A stretch of DNA of 51,707 bases, filler included, from Jimgerdemannia flammicorona (lineage: Eukaryota): the NCBI GenBank assembly GCA_003990765.1. It is 2 parts of 2 records of this genome, joined end to end, with 100 filler letters (N's around TTAATTAATTAA, not from the genome) between each part and the next. Parts side by side here need not be neighbours in the genome. Positions count along the whole stretch, not along the records: positions 25,910 to 51,707 come from RBNJ01000791.1; 1 more part is not named here. One strand, given 5' to 3'. The notes beneath the pieces were generated by a model. That model had not been told where the DNA came from. It did no database searches and saw only the letters and a program-made list of their open reading frames with translations. Shown piece after piece: positions 51,053 through 51,707 of the stretch (positions are counted from its first letter, which is position 1; each line of letters starts with the position of its first letter). The position numbers and the translations under genes were made by a program.

Positions 51053-51707
51053 TGTAATAGTGACCCCAGAATAATGACATCAGCACATGAGACAGCCTTT
51101 CCTTGCAAGCCACCAGACCGGAGCACAAGAAGATCATATGGCATATGAGATGAGCAATGATGACCAACTGTGAGTCATTGTGACCACAGTACAAGCATCC
51201 TGAAGAATATAAAAGAAGGATCAAGGAACCACAGTAGCAGCAACCAACAAGACCCATCAATCCCAAAATAGCTCAAAGACTTACCACAAATAAAATACCT
51301 GCTGCCCACCAAACTTCAAGGTCAAGGAACTACTAAGGTATCTCAGTTGAAGAAAGGATGTTCCAAGACATCAGAAGAGCCATGAGGACCCACTCAAGAA
51401 GGACTCCTAGTGTTGATATGGGTACTGCAGATCTCTATCATTATATTCTCTACTGCTGTGAAATGGAAACAAGGATCACCATTGCTACTGAATGCCTCCA
51501 AATGTGGCAGGAGTATGAAATAGGAAACCTCCTCTGCCAGGAGTTCCCACAGGCCAGCCCTCAAGAGCTACAAGATACCACTCCCATAGATATATGTAAG
51601 ACAAGAATGGCTAAGAAGATCTATCAGATCTTCAGACATGTACCATGGTTGATTCCCAACTTGGAGTATGTTAGAGTCTCAGACTTCAGAGACCTATCAT
51701 CCTACTG
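51053..51707 (+). mobile_element. Family C LTR (copy C3) inserted into the RT of A3; runs off the window
   Basis: Starts tgtaatagtgac exactly where A-family RT similarity stops; matches 27039-27705; stop-free frame at 51337-51707. Confidence 0.92.

Overview
Eukaryotic, almost certainly fungal, DNA; an early-diverging lineage such as Mucoromycota is my inference from gene and TE types. About 65% of the window is a nested graveyard of transposable elements that are CpG-depleted and riddled with C->T/G->A changes. It holds four Ty3/gypsy families: A (one full-length copy, two 5' halves, one LTR fragment), B (a full-length chromovirus plus two fragments), C (three copies of a ~1.6 kb LTR) and D (3' end of a chromovirus). 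There is also a complete DIRS1-type tyrosine-recombinase retroelement, the 3' end of an Ngaro-like element and a 143-bp copia relic. Host-like CpG-rich islands carry a spliced 305-aa two-TM protein with DEG/ENaC-like topology and a disrupted, intronless ~1290-codon tandem PI3/4K-HipA-like kinase + LRR gene. A 100-bp artificial linker at 25810-25909 splits the window. Main new observations: (i) one uncharacterised accessory protein family (YxxGxLL...AxxIxxLF...LxxV) sits downstream of integrase in family A and inside the long LTRs of family C and probably D; (ii) families A and B carry dUTPase at different polyprotein positions; (iii) family A appears to encode integrase as a separate cistron. 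All alignments and translations were done by eye.
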